Shown in pieces: positions 26,831 to 40,028 of a stretch of DNA of 64,000 nucleotides (position 1 is the stretch's first letter; each line of letters begins with the position of its first letter). A model generated the notes under the pieces. The model saw only the letters and a list, made by a program, of their open reading frames with translations, did not search any database and was not told the origin of the DNA. Source of the DNA: Camelus dromedarius (Eukaryota); the NCBI RefSeq assembly GCF_036321535.1, contig NC_087436.1, positions 25,980,001 to 26,044,000 on the forward strand, in the 5' to 3' direction. A program made the translations under genes and the position numbers.

Positions 26831-27183
26831 AATATTCACAATGTGTTTTGTTACAAAGAAATGTCCTTACGTAATTCAAGCCTCTTGAATTTTTATAAAG
26901 TAAGATAAATACCTCAAGGACTTTACAAAAATTAATTCAGTGCAAATCATGACATGTGAAAATTAAATACATGTGACAAATGTTAAATATGATCTTGAAC
27001 ATTTTTTCTAAGTTTTAGCAGAAAGCCATGAAGGCAAATCGTATAGGAGGAAATTATCAATGAAGTTCCTATTTATGCAAATTCTAAGATGTTGTGAAAA
27101 ATAAATCTGCCAGTTACTATCCCATAAGGTGCTTGGGAGATATAAGAGCAGGAGGAAAACATGCAACATATTGAAGTTGACAT

Positions 27184-28120
27184 TGTAATGGTGGTCTTTA
27201 GAGAGAAGGAGTTGCTGGTATATTGTGGATTTCCTCTAACCTCCTATGGTGAGGCACTATCTCTTCTTTACCTCAAGCTAAATGATAGTGAACTTTAAGT
27301 GAACCAAGTTTTTATTCAAGTCAGAAAAGTTTAAATGCAAGTGACCAGAGCTGGTTTCCTTGCAACAACATCAAAAGTACTGCTTTGAGAGAGAGCTACA
27401 CTTCCATTGGCTGCCAAGCAGAGGTATTGGTTTTTCCATGTGCTAGAGAAGAATACTGAACAAAGTGCCAACAGTGAGCCATACTAAAGTACCCTTCCAA
27501 GAGGACTGCCAACCAGGAGTGAGGTAACCTCCACAGGAAAGACTGGAAGTCTAGCATGGACTGTAAGAGATAGTGCATGAGTGATGGGACATAACAACCA
27601 TGTGACAGAAGGAATACCATCAACTAATTCATGAACTCCAGGAAGCTATGCAACTATGAAGAAGGTCTCACAAGAGAATGAGTTAGCTTTTTTTTTTGGC
27701 ATATACTAAACCCAAATGGTACTAGTGCTGAATTACAACCTGTTCCAGGTAAGTGAGACCTTCTTACCCTTATATCGCCCCACTCCTCTTGCTTCATCTT
27801 GAGGGGTTCCCTAAAGAGCCATGGTGTGGGGCAGGAGCTCAAGACAAAACACCTATGCATTTCCCTTCCCTTGATTGCTTATCAGCTGATGAGACAGAAA
27901 TTGTAGACTTGAAGAGGAGTTAAAGATTTGATGTAAAACTAACAGATACTTATATTAATTTAAAGGAACCAGAAATTTAGGAGATTTTCTTGAGACTTCA
28001 TTTAGAGTTAGGACAGAATATCAGTCTATAGGATGCACTGAAAGAGGACGTTATGAGGAATAATAAAGTTTCTCTCTGATTGCATTCTACCACATCCAAT
28101 TTTTCAATAAACTGAATATC
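27184..28120 (+). mobile_element. Ancient MamGypLTR-like LTR
   Basis: Starts tgtaatgg. The 3' end aataaagtttctctctgattgcattctaccacatccaatttttcaataaactg resembles MamGypLTR ends. Confidence 0.45.
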
Positions 28121-28667
28121 TGCAATTTTATAAATTTCATTAAGTTCTTCATTGAATTATGATTGGTTCTGTTGGGAACATTGTTGATTATTTTCACTTG
28201 TTCTTTATCTAAAATTAGAGATCAGTTCATTTAATGGGAACAATTTGGCAAATTATTCTCAGTGATAAATTCAGGAATAATTGTGAATGACTTTAAAATG
28301 CACAAAAAAGATCAATGGGTGTTCTGTCTCATTCATCCTTCACTATCTTTTAGCTATGTTATCTAATTTGTATATAAATAGTAGCAGTGGATATGATTTC
28401 CTCATAGGCAAGTAAAATAAATTTTCTCCAGTAGAGGTACTATTGATTTCCTTCTTCTCCCTCTCAAAGAAGTCAATTTTCCATCTATTGATCAAATTCA
28501 TTTCAACATTCCTGATTACTTAATATGAATCTCTCAATTTTCTCTTGAACTTTTTCCAGTATCTTACTTGTTCCCTCATTAATTAATGAGTTAAATAAAA
28601 ATGTTGACATATGTTCATTTTCTATCTGTATGAGGGTCGTGGTTTATCCTTTTTAATAGTTTATCCA

Positions 28668-29125
28668 TTTTTAAATTTTTAATTGAAGTATGGTTGATTT
28701 AGAGTATTAGTTTCAGGTGCACAGCATAGTGATTTGGTATTTTTATAGATTATGCTCCATTAAAAGTTATTGCAAGATAATGGCTATAATTCCCTGTGCT
28801 ATACAATATATCATTATTGCTTATTTATTTTATACATAGTAGTTTGTATCTCTTAATCCCATACCCCTATCGCACCCCTCCCCACTTCCCTCTCTCCACT
28901 GGTAACCACTAGTTTGTTTTTTGTATCTGTAAGTCTGTTGGTGTATATCTGTTTGGGGTATTCTCTTATGACTTTTGCATCTCTGTGGTATCACTTGTTT
29001 CTCCTCTTTCATTTCTTATTTTGTTTATTTGGATCGTCTCTTCTTGGTGAGTCTGGCTAGAGGTTTATCAATTTTGTTTATCTTTGCAAAAAAATAGTTC
29101 TAGATTTCAGTGATCTTTTCTCTGA
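28668..29125 (-). mobile_element. Cetartiodactyl-type L1 3' end fused to an ORF2 fragment
   Basis: ttttaattgaagtatggttgatt...ttccctgtgctatacaata...ctggtaaccactagtttg, then tctggctagaggtttatcaattttgtttatc. Confidence 0.9.
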
Positions 29126-29752
29126 TTTATTATAGTTAAGTGTAATAAAAGTATATAGTTCATTCTACTTGGGTTTGTTTTCCCAAACTTTTATAATCGT
29201 ACTGATCAAATAAGGCAATAATTACTTGAGTTATATTTAACATTAAGAAAAATTTAAATTTGTTATACCAAATTGAATAATTATTTTGTTCAACTTTTTA
29301 TTTCTACGGTAATTATGTTTGTAGTATGTCAGCTCAAAGGAAATTTATGAGATCTTATATAATTTAAAACCTCAGCCAGGTATTACCTTAAGTTAATTAA
29401 TGATACTTATTGGAGACCTAAATAATTTTAACTAAAATAGATTACCAAAGCCCGGTTACTAAGCATAATTTTGATTCTGTATACCTTTTTACTTTAATAT
29501 TGTATGGAGAGGCTATAGCTTTAGGTCATGAATGTGTGAAAGCGATATGTGTGACTTTAGAAAGTTTTATTGTGTGTGTTCATGGAGCTACTAGTAAGAC
29601 AATTCTCATTTATCCAATCCCTTGCTTTTTCTGTGAAATTGTCATTACGTTTGTTAAAAGTTACGAATTCATACTAGGAATATTGGTGACAAAGGAATAC
29701 AATGTGTGTCTGTTTTTGTTTATCAAAAGAAGAGTGTAGGTTTTTCCTAATG

Positions 29753-29930
29753 CAGTAGTTCTCAGGCTTCTTAGTCTCTGAACTTTTGTGGCCCTCAAAG
29801 AACTTTCATTTATTGTGTTAACTATCTTTATTTACAGTATTGGAAATAGAAACTTATATTGTTAATACTTATTGGTTTGTTTGAAGATAGTGATAATGAA
29901 CACATTACATTTTAATATAAATAACAATAA
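29753..29930 (+). mobile_element. Charlie1-like hAT DNA transposon end
   Basis: cagtagttctcagg...ccctcaaagaactttcatttattgtgtt...cattacattttaatataaataac. Confidence 0.6.
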
Positions 29931-31946
29931 TTATTGCAGACTCCCTGAGAGAACTACTATCCTAATGTGTCCATTGGTTCCAGATAATGAAGGGACATAA
30001 TGAAGGATAGCATTTGGATTTACTCAGTTTGGGAGTGAACTTAAGTCCAGAGTTTCTAATTAGTGCATTTAGGTTCAATAGGAGAGGTTATTTTTCAATT
30101 TTATGCAGTCTGCCTAGATAGAGATTCTGTGTTGTGTCAAATTAATTTTCTATGTCTTATGCTGAATTTATAATTTTATTTACTACTTAGAGGAGGAAAA
30201 AAAAACAAAGTTTTTTCACCTTTGGAAAAGTTCTTTACAACTGTGTTATTTTTTATGTTCCCTTAAAATGTTTTGTCACTTTGATTAGATACAAAACCAA
30301 CTTTTGCTTTGCAGGCAACCATAATTCTATCCTAATCAAGTGCCCAAATCTCTGACAACTCTTTTGACTTCATCTTTCCAAAATCTACACTAAATTTATA
30401 GAAAGTCCCCTTAAAATTGTCTTTTGAGATTGTCTGGACACTACTGGAAAATCATACATACTTCCTTTTTCTCATTATATAAAGGGAGATGCTAGAAATC
30501 ATAGATTTGTTTGATGTTATTGTAAGAGTTGCATAGAAAATTGTCAGATAAGAAGATATGCTCGGTCTTCCCAAAGTTTGTAGAGATAAAGCATTATTAA
30601 TATAAATATTTTAGAAACTGTATGCATTATGGGAAGACTCTGGAGATTTGTCAATATGCTTCTTTCCATAATATGTATTTACCCTCAGGGAAAGCACTGA
30701 TCAAAACTCTTATAAGGTAGTTATGTTCTGTGCTGCCATAAAGAATTTTACTCTCCTCTGTCCTGATATTATTGCTGATAGAAACAAACTAACCACAATC
30801 AGAAATTAATCCAGTATCACCTACAGATAGTTTTTATTTTCCTGTTAGGCTTTCTTGAAGACTTTGATACAAGCTGTGGCTCAGAAAATGTGTTTTTGAG
30901 GAAGGAGGTCTCACAGCTTTGTGCAAAAGTACTGCATTAGGCACTTCAAACTATTGACACTAAAGAGTCAATTCATGGATAGAAGCTTTGAGTAGACATC
31001 ACTTAGATAACTTTCAGACCATACTAGTGAATAGAATCAAAATTTCTAGGGCTCATTTCAGTCCAGAAAAAAAGTTAGCTACCTGCAAGTAGATGGGTGG
31101 CATAGCAGAAAAAAAAATCCAACAGAAAAAATCCCCCCAAACAAAAAACTAATTATGTAGGATTGAATGAAGTGATGAGAGAAAACACATTGTTTTTATT
31201 TATTTGCAATATTGTTGATGTTGTGTAAATGTACTATTTTCCAGTATATGGAAGTCCTTTTTCTTTTTTAAGCTATTTGCCACTCCAAACAATTTAGTAA
31301 CTCCGCGTTTATACTTTGAAATAATACTTTTTAAAAATCTGATTCTCACTGACCTCCCAGAATTCATGAAATCTGAGTCTCCTTACTTTTTATGTAAAAT
31401 TAAAATAGATTGCATCGGTTCCGTAAGAATCTTTTACCAGTACATAATTGACAGATTGTGTAATCACAGCCATATCCGGAGTGTTATATTTAGGAATGAT
31501 TCATATTTAATCAGGTGTGACAAGACAAGCCAGTTTTCAGTAACAATGCTTGATTGTTTTATTGACAGAGCCAGTGCACACCAAGTTCTGTTAGGAAAAC
31601 TGGTCTTATACCTGGCTTACAGGGCTGGGTCTTCTAGATGGCAAGGAAGATACATTTTTGACAGGCTAGGAGTCTTAGGAAATTTTGAGGATCTCTGGAA
31701 GAGAAGAATTCACTCAAATTTATAGGCACTGTAGTTGAAATCTGCTGGAGATAGTTTCTTGGGTTTGTTTTCCCGTTCTCTGGATAGCAAGTAAATAGAG
31801 GTATTTAAAAGTATAATCAGAAATTTTTTATGAAAAATTTTGGATGGAAATGAATTCTGTAGCCTCGTGGGTTGTTCGGTACTTGATGGCACTTGATTTG
31901 AAAAAGAACTCTAAAGGAAACCTTCAGGGTTAGTGAAAACTCTTAC

Positions 31947-32266
31947 CGGACCTACGTAAATAACCAAATCAAACCTAACAAGACAAGTCTATTTTTCTGT
32001 GACTGATAATAAAATTTCTTTGATATTATGATGAACATAAGGTGGGAAGACTGTCAGAAAAGTAAGTGTGAATGGACAAATGGAAATGCGCAGAAATTAT
32101 TACTGTGTCTTGTTTAGTGCACAGATCCTGCTTATCTCTTGCATTACATTTGAGCTATTTTAGAATGTTGTATCTTGTAGATAACTGGTAGTGATGCAGA
32201 TATTTTTTGTTCATATAGATACGGGTGCATATTGACTACTGAAGGTGCAGTTGATTTCCACAAACC
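31947..32266 (-). pseudogene. Exon-like remnant (320 nt, frameshifted)
   Basis: actcttcctcag|GGT...GGTCCG|gtaaga. Starts GLWKSTAPSVVNMHPYLYEQKISASLPVIYKIQHSKIAQ (phase 0) and ends in another frame ...FPPYVHHNIKEILLSVTEK*TCLVRFDLVIYVGP (phase 0). Confidence 0.5.
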
Positions 32267-33909
32267 CTGAGGAAGAGTCAAGTTCTTTTATCTGTTAGCA
32301 CATTTATTTCAGTATTTCTGTTCACTTATATATGCGTCTGCTTTTAGGATACATTGGTTACATTTGGTATAGGTTACATTGACCAGATGTAAAATCTTTC
32401 ATGCTCCCTCATTAATTAATGAGTTAAAATAAATATTTGAAATGCATTCATATTATATTTAGGTGAGAGTCACAGTTACACCTTTTTCAAAATTACATTT
32501 TAATGTTGCTGACATTGCTGAAATGTGTATCATTTCAATTGGCTTTCAAGCTGTTAGTGTCATTTTTTTCAACATCTACCGTGTAACAAATTCTATTCAA
32601 GTAGATTTACATGTCCTTTCAATTCTAAGAACCACTCTACACTGTAGGCATTATTTTGTTCATTTTACATCTTAAGGAACTAAATTTTCTAGATACTAAG
32701 TGGTGAAATAATGATTTAAACTATTTCTAATGCCTAAACCCTTAATAAAAGTTTGTTAACTCCTCGGAATGTTTAACAGAGCTACAAAATTCAAATAATT
32801 GTTACTACCAGTCATCATCTACTTCAATATAATAGAATTTGGTTTAATGGTTTTGATTATCAGTAGGAAGTAAACTATTAAAAAACGTTATTCCAGGAAA
32901 GTTCTCAGTGAGATGAAGGAAGCTGGCATCTGATGTAGACATTCTGCTGACAATTAAAACAACAACAACAACAAAACAAACATAAATAACCCTGGAGAAT
33001 CTTCTGGTATATCATTAATCGTATACCTCTATAAAATTAGCTGGCACACTTCCTAACTTCCAACCTTCCAGCAAACCTATTAACCTCAGCTGGTATTGTT
33101 TTGAACAGTTTTCAGAATCATCTACTTTATCACCAAAACCCAGGAATTGCTTGTTCATTTTTATGTTGTTTTCAGTTTTGTTTTTTATAAAAATAGAATC
33201 CTTGTTGGAGCTGGCTTTCTTACATACCTCGGCAATATGACTTGCCCATGCTTAGATATGAGATAGCATTTTGAATGTCTTGCTATAAAACTTTTTTCTC
33301 TGACTAAATTGCAAAGCCTTTGAATTTTCTTTCTTTTCAAACTTTTCTCTATTTTATAACTGTAGGTTTTCAAGAACTATTTTTGTAAGAACAATAGTTA
33401 CTCCCTCTTGTCCCAGAATTCTATTACCAAATGACTACTTGTCTTCAGATATTCACCAATTTTGGCTTTCTCCTAAATTAAAAAGTCCAGAAGAAAAACT
33501 TCACTTGAGCTTATGATAGTTCTGGATAGTTTATATCTTAATTTCTTATCCTTCATGATTGAATTTTGATAAGCCACAGAGAGCCTTTTTTTCCTTAACC
33601 ATTTCTATATGTCCAGCGATATAAGAGGATCCAGTTGTGTGGGTAACTGTGTGGCCTTCAGCCTTAACCTGTGCTTACTTTATAGTGCTGTGAGAATTAA
33701 ATGAGTATGTACATTAGTTAAGCCCTTTTGCCCACATACTAAAGTTCTGTTTCCTCTCTTCCTTCTTCTTTTTTCTTTATGTTTAATTTTGTCTTCACCA
33801 TTCTAGCACTAATTGTCAATGATACCCTAGGTATAACCCACTATGCTCACTTATTATCAGGATTAGCTTCTGTACTCATTTGAAAGTTGTCTAACCCCTT
33901 CACTTGGAT

Positions 33910-34110
33910 ATTTCTTTTTCAGATGTACAATTTGATAAATTTTGGTAGATGTATACACCCATGAAACCACCATCGCAGTCAAGATAGCTAACATTTCCAT
34001 CACTTCCCAAGAGGTGCAATTTTTGAATCCCCAATTTATCCCTTCCCACCCCCTTTAAGTCCTGGTAACCATAAGTTTGTTCTCTGTGTCTGTAAGTCTG
34101 TTTCTGTCTA
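33910..34110 (-). mobile_element. L1 3'-end fragments
   Basis: gtatacacccatgaaaccaccatcgcagtcaagatag; ctggtaaccataagtttgttctctgtgtctgtaagtctgtttctg. Confidence 0.75.
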
Positions 34111-35079
34111 TGTTTGTTTTACTTTGTGTTCTTTCCTTTATAACATTCATATATTCAGGTATATACTTTCAACAATCACTTCAAATATTCACATCCTTTC
34201 TTTATCCTGAGTCTTTCAAATACATCGATATTTCTTTATATCTGTAAATTCTTCCTCAAAATAAGCAAGTCAAGACTGATTTTGTTAGCTTTCCTAAAAA
34301 TTGTATCACTTGAAAATTCTTTATTTGTAATCATCTTACCATAATACCAATCTCTACACAGAAATAGCATGGGCCAAAAGCAACCCTAAAGCTATCTGGA
34401 CTTACGTTTTTACTTCCGATATGTTCGTACCAGCATCTGTTTTTTTTTTTTTTTTTTTCCTCAAATAAGGATCTTAATTTCTTCTTCCTTTTTTGATTAA
34501 ATAGGTACTATTTTCATCTAAGCCCCTTACATTTACATGCTAGTTGATAAAAGCTAGTCTTTGTTTTCTATTCTCACTTTGTTGGAATACAGTGACACCT
34601 TAGACTTCCTTAAATAAACTTTACTTTCCATGTGTTCTTCCATTCTGTCATGTTACTTCTAAATTCTTAATTCTTTAATTTAAAAACCTTTCATTTTTCA
34701 ATACTCATTTTAAGATTTAGCTATTAAATTCTTTTCATTTTTTTCTCACCAGTGGTGCCTTCATTTGACTTTTCAATTGTATTTTAAGTGTTCCACATTT
34801 ATTAGATTATATTGCCCAGACAAGTCCAGCTTCTTTTTTGTTTGCCCTGTTGGTAAGTGCTACAATTTTACAAATCAAATAATAAATAAAATGGGAACAA
34901 TTTTTCTACAGAGATATGGTATAATACTATAATAATTTCTGTGTGAATTTCTTTACAATTTGCCATCCATATCTGAATTAAGAACTGGTGGAAATCTCCT
35001 TACCCATTCTGACACTGACACTGAAAGCAGAGATTTCAGTTTACCTAATGTTGTAAAGATGCTGTTGGGTATATTTTTC

Positions 35080-35410
35080 TTCATTCAATCATTCATTCAT
35101 TGAGCATTTTTTTTGTGGATGAACTTTATATAAAACTCTTTTGAATGTATATACAGATAAGATGTCACTGTATTCAACATGCTTAAATGTAATGAAACAA
35201 GAAAATAAATGTAAAATTAACATGCAGTGTGGTAAATATCACAGCTAAGTTATAGAGGAAATGCTATGGAAGAACAACCTTCAGATGTTGTGAAATGCTA
35301 CAGGTGGAAAAAGAACATTGAATAGTGCCTGGAAAGAGAAATAGCACAAAACTTCCAGGCAGAGGGATCACTTGTAAAATGGCAGGTAGTTGTGGAAAAG
35401 GAGTGTGAGG
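35080..35410 (-). mobile_element. L2 3' region
   Basis: ttcattcaatcattcattcattgagcat...ttccaggcagagggatcac. Confidence 0.6.
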
Positions 35411-35730
35411 TCAGGTATAATGAGAAGTTTGGTATAACTTTGTATGAACTGTCTTTGTTTCTTCCAGTATTTCATATGAACTTTCCTTTGTCACCCTTAT
35501 AGTTTGCAAAAGTCTTTAGGACAAATACTAATCTAATAGTTTGTTTTCATGAAATGATAGTAACTGTTAAAACTCAATTTGCAGACACCGTGGTAACCAT
35601 GTAGTTAGATACATTTTCTTATTCTCTATAGACATAGCATTTGAGCTAGTCTGTCAAAGTAACCTCTATTTAATAAGTAGAATAGTCATGAAGTAAATAT
35701 ATGAATGTCTCAATATGTACATTTCTGCAC

Positions 35731-36064
35731 CTTTATACTTTCACATGGAGAGCTCTAACTGGTTTGATTCAGATTCACTCAGTTCATATACTCGAGAACA
35801 CATTTATCAGACACTAGACAGCAAGGCTCCTTTAGACAGTCAATATACTGCAGGAGAGATGCTGAAAAGTGAAATTGTAATTATTCTTGACATAGGACAT
35901 TCTAAGGGTGTCTTATGCCAAAATAATGAAAGTTATTTTTCTTCAGGAAACTGAAAGACGATTCATGAGGTGTCTTCAGGTTTCCACAGAAATGGAGTTA
36001 AATAAGAAACATGTGGCACTTCTGGTGGATACAGATCATCCTGAAATCACTTCACATCTGCTGG
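35731..36064 (-). pseudogene. Exon-like remnant (334 nt, +1 frameshift in an A-run)
   Basis: ttatttctctattcag|CCA...ATAAAG|gtgcag. Reads PADVK*FQDDLYPPEVPHVSYLTPFLWKPEDTS*IVFQFPEE/NNFHYFGIRHP*NVLCQE*LQFHFSASLLQYIDCLKEPCCLVSDKCVLEYMN*... Length 3n+1 fits one extra base. Confidence 0.5.
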
Positions 36065-36969
36065 CTGAATAGAGAAATAACTATAAATCTTTTCAAAAAC
36101 AATGGAGGGAAAAATGTAGCAAATATATCAAGTAATGCCTTTATGGCATCCTTTAGCATGATTCTATATAGAAGGTTAATTTTAATGGTAGAATTATTTG
36201 TTACACACCATTTAAAAAAAGAAAATTAAAATTATAGATGGATTACTATGCTATATTTTATCTTGCAAACTCTAGATATTTCACTTTGCTATTTACAAAC
36301 CTGTTTTTAATCTTTAGTACCATTTAAAAATGTGCAAATGTTTTCATTTTTAGCTTGGTGTAAGTTCATATCATTAGAATATTTTTTAAGTCCTTTGTAG
36401 AAATTTAAATAAGTTTTTCTTGCTCTCACACATGCATATATGTGAAAAAATATTTTGAAGGAGTATTAATAGTGGATAAATATATTATGGAATACATTTT
36501 TTTTTATAAATATGTACATACTTAATAGAAAATTGTTATAAAGCTCACAGTTAAGAATTCAGATGATTAATCTTCCTTCTTCTAAAAAAGTTTCTGGAAC
36601 ACACTTCTCCCCTCAGTGCTCCATTTCCAGCAACATACCATTTAATTATTTAAACATAATTATATAAGAATTGTTATTTTTGATCCTAACAGTGGAGCAA
36701 ATTTTTATGACTTTCTTGTCACTTCAATAATTAATATAAAATATGTATCTATGAGGGTTAAAATACATACATCACTGAACAATTTATCACTATATAACTA
36801 GTCTCATGTTTTGAATATACATGTTGTTTATATTATCACTATAAAAGTTTTCTTGTGTGATAAATATAAAAATAACAAATTTTCATATATATTCATGTAT
36901 ATGAGATTATGACATTCAAAAAGCCCTTGTAGGAAATATTTTCATCATAATCTATATTCTTGTTTTCCT

Positions 36970-37206
36970 TAACTCTCAGAAAAGAACTATTGATTTTTTC
37001 TTTAAATAAAATAAGAAAGAACAGAGTCAAGGTGCTCCTTTCATTCCATTCAAATTCAACAACACGCATCTGGGAAAATGCGGTGTTGGTGGAGGCAATG
37101 ATGCTGTGGGAATTTTCATCTAGCAGCATAGTCTTATAAACTAATAAATACCAAATTTTCTTCTTTGTCTTCTTCACATCTTCAAATAATTCTCCAGTGG
37201 CATTGG
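36970..37206 (-). pseudogene. Exon-like remnant, 3' boundary uncertain
   Basis: Strong acceptor cttcattttctgcag|CC inside the repeat-free 121-aa ORF 36893..37258 (NATGELFEDVKKTKKKIWYLLVYKTMLLDENSHSII...). No clear donor. Confidence 0.35.
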
Positions 37207-37977
37207 CTGCAGAAAATGAAGGCTTCAAATCAGATTGGGAAATGAGAAAAGATTGCACACTGAGTTAAACATCTGACTGATTTGAACATTAAATTCTAGT
37301 TCTATATGCCATGCTTTTTTGCTCATACTGGAGACTGACCCTTGTTAAATACTAGGATATGTGAAAAAAATTCTGGCTTAGTATGAATTTTCAACCAAAG
37401 CAAAGAAAATCATTTCAGAAAATTGCCAATATAAGATACTGAAATTTAATGATATAATTTAAGTGTTATCAATATTTTGAAGGGATATTAGAGGTCAGAG
37501 TTAAACTCCCTCATTTTCAGATGGAGACAGTTAACAGTGAGTTTTAATGAGTTGTTCAAGGTCGTTGTAAGCTTTTATTAGATGTAAATTGCATTTTATT
37601 TAGTTTTCTAGCTCTTCTATGCCTAGTGATACATCTGACTTTTTTCCCACTACGATGTAAGATTATTCATACATTGAGATGGGGAGTGCATAGCAATGAG
37701 GTAATTGTCCCCCTTAAGAAATCTGAACAAAGTGGTAATTAAGAGATGCAGTTGGAAGGATGGGTCTAGCTTAGAAATTCCCCTTCCCCCTCTTCACAGT
37801 TCAGATTAAAGAGACTTTTCTTTAAGAATAATTGTTCTAGACCAGGGTTTTAGTTGATTCCCAGCATCCTGAGGGAATTTATAGGAGTGATATGTTGTAT
37901 TGTAACAAAGACATTATTGTATGTAAACATCCTGCTCTCAACACCTTTTAAGATACTGCCTCAAAGGGGTGGAGGTG

Positions 37978-38040
37978 GGGAGAGACAGAGACAGAGAGAG
38001 ACAGAGAGAGAGAGGGAGAGGGAGGAAGGGAAACGAGAGT
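37978..38040 (+). repeat. GA-rich simple repeat
   Basis: gagagacagagacagagagagacagagagagagagggagag. Confidence 0.9.
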
Positions 38041-39986
38041 GTAAATAAAGGAGCAGAAGTCCAATTTCACTGGCATGTTTTATATGCTAAGTGAATGTCA
38101 CTCAGTATCAACTGCCCCCTGAATATCTCTTCAGCATTGTACAGAACCAGAGCCTGTCCAATCCATAGTTAGAAGAGAAATGGAGTTCAGGTTGTTCTTT
38201 TGCTAAATCCTTGTGACCTTTTTAGGATTCTCTTTAATTATTTTGTTAGGAAAAGTAAAAGATTTGAAAATAGGCACAAGAAATTCACAGAAAGATGTGT
38301 CAATGAATCTCAAGAGTAAAGTGGTATATGAAGAATTTCTTACCAATTTCTAATGTCTTGTCTCTTGTTTTATAGCAATAAAAAGTTTAATCATGGTAGC
38401 AGTGATGGAGGTCATTTTATCTGGTATAAGTAGGATGGAAACTCTCTTCCATGACCCACGTTCCCCAAGGAAGTTATCTGATTACCTTTGAGTTGAAACA
38501 GAGGGATAGATAGGACAGAGTAGAGAAAACAGACTATTGATGGTATATCTGATTCACTGAGTATCAACCTCTTTGTCATCTTGTTAAAAATGACAGCCTT
38601 ATTGTTTACTTTTCTTTATGTTGCCTAGTTGCATTCTCTTTGATTTTTAAAAAAACATTTTTGCTAAAGTTACTCTATGATCTGTGATCAAATTAGTATC
38701 TATTCTTGGACTTTTTGGGAACTCCCTGAGTATGGAGGATAATAAAAATGAGAGCCACATTAATGAAACTTTGGATGATGTGTCTGAGAGTCAGATTTTT
38801 GGTAGTGTATGGAGGGTGATTAGGTTTTAACTTTCTATTTCATTCCCTTTCATTAGGATTTTGTTTTAAAACTCCCAGAGAAGAGAAGTTAAATTTTTTT
38901 ACTCCAACATTTCAATATATAAAAAGGTCACTATAGTGAATCTACTTCTTAGAAGAAAGAATATCAACTTTATATATAGTTAAAACAAATAATCTAGACA
39001 TGTTTAGTATGATAAACTATACTTGGACACTTCTAAGGTAAACTGACGATTATAGTTCTTTAGGGCCTCTTGTCTTAGTTTAGGGATTACCAATATATAT
39101 GTTTTACCTAGTATCCCTACAACCCTCACCTTCTGGCTCTTAGCTAAGAAAATGTTGGGGTGGAAGGAAGGGAATAGGTATTTATTGAATATATCTGTGC
39201 CAGGTACTGAATGTTTTACATTAAAAAAATTAAATACAGTAATTTTATGAGGTATGTGCTATTTATTTTTTAGACCATGTAGGCACACACATACACACAT
39301 ACACACACAGAAGACTCAGAAATTAAGAAAATTGAATATATATTACTTTTAGTATATGGAGTATTTTTTGAGACTTTAAGGCTCTTCATCTCTTCTGTTT
39401 GTAAGCTATGATCACTAGGTTCTATCTGATAGTTTGAAGTTCTAATGGAAGAGAAATAAGTTTCTGATTTAATCTTCAGACTGTTACCAACAGCTCATTA
39501 AAACTGGTGACAGAGGAAGAGGGAGAATCATTTCTTAGCCAGCCCTTCTGCGATGCTGAAGGATGTAGCTTGAGAAGATGGTCTCTGATTTAACTAAATG
39601 TGTCAATCACTGACTTCTGTGCAGCCAGAGAGCACAGGATGAGGAGAGGGGACATAGCTGAAATGCTTTCTCTTCAGTCCTTTCCAATTCTGTGACAACC
39701 ACTATCCTCCAGGTGGTCACCTTTTCTTTCTTGGACGACCTCTTAACGGCGCTTCTCACATCTATATGGTGCTCTTCTGAACCAATCTATATATAGGTAT
39801 TCCCAAATGATACTCTTAAAACTCAAATCTAATCATGTTACTCACTTTTTAACCTTTTAATGGCTTCTCATTCTCATTAGGATGAAGTTTGGCATTCTTA
39901 AGCTGTTCAGTTAATCCTTATATCATCTCACCACTATGATCTGGGAAATTAGAGTATAATTTTCAGGAGAAAACTGAATTGGTAAT

Positions 39987-40028
39987 AAATATCACCAGAT
40001 GCAAAACAAATATCACCAGATGCAAAAC
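39987..40028 (+). repeat. Perfect 21-bp tandem duplication
   Basis: aaatatcaccagatgcaaaac x2. Confidence 0.95.

Noticed and set aside
30683..30820. Further minus-strand exon candidate (SNNIRTEESKILYGSTEHNYLIRVLISAFPE)
   Set aside because: The acceptor is ambiguous and the phase does not fit the 31947->23015 join. Not supportable without a homolog.
36015..36046. FQDDLYPP as evidence for a coronin gene
   Set aside because: Only a short motif matches; the flanking peptide and other exons show no WD40/coronin similarity.
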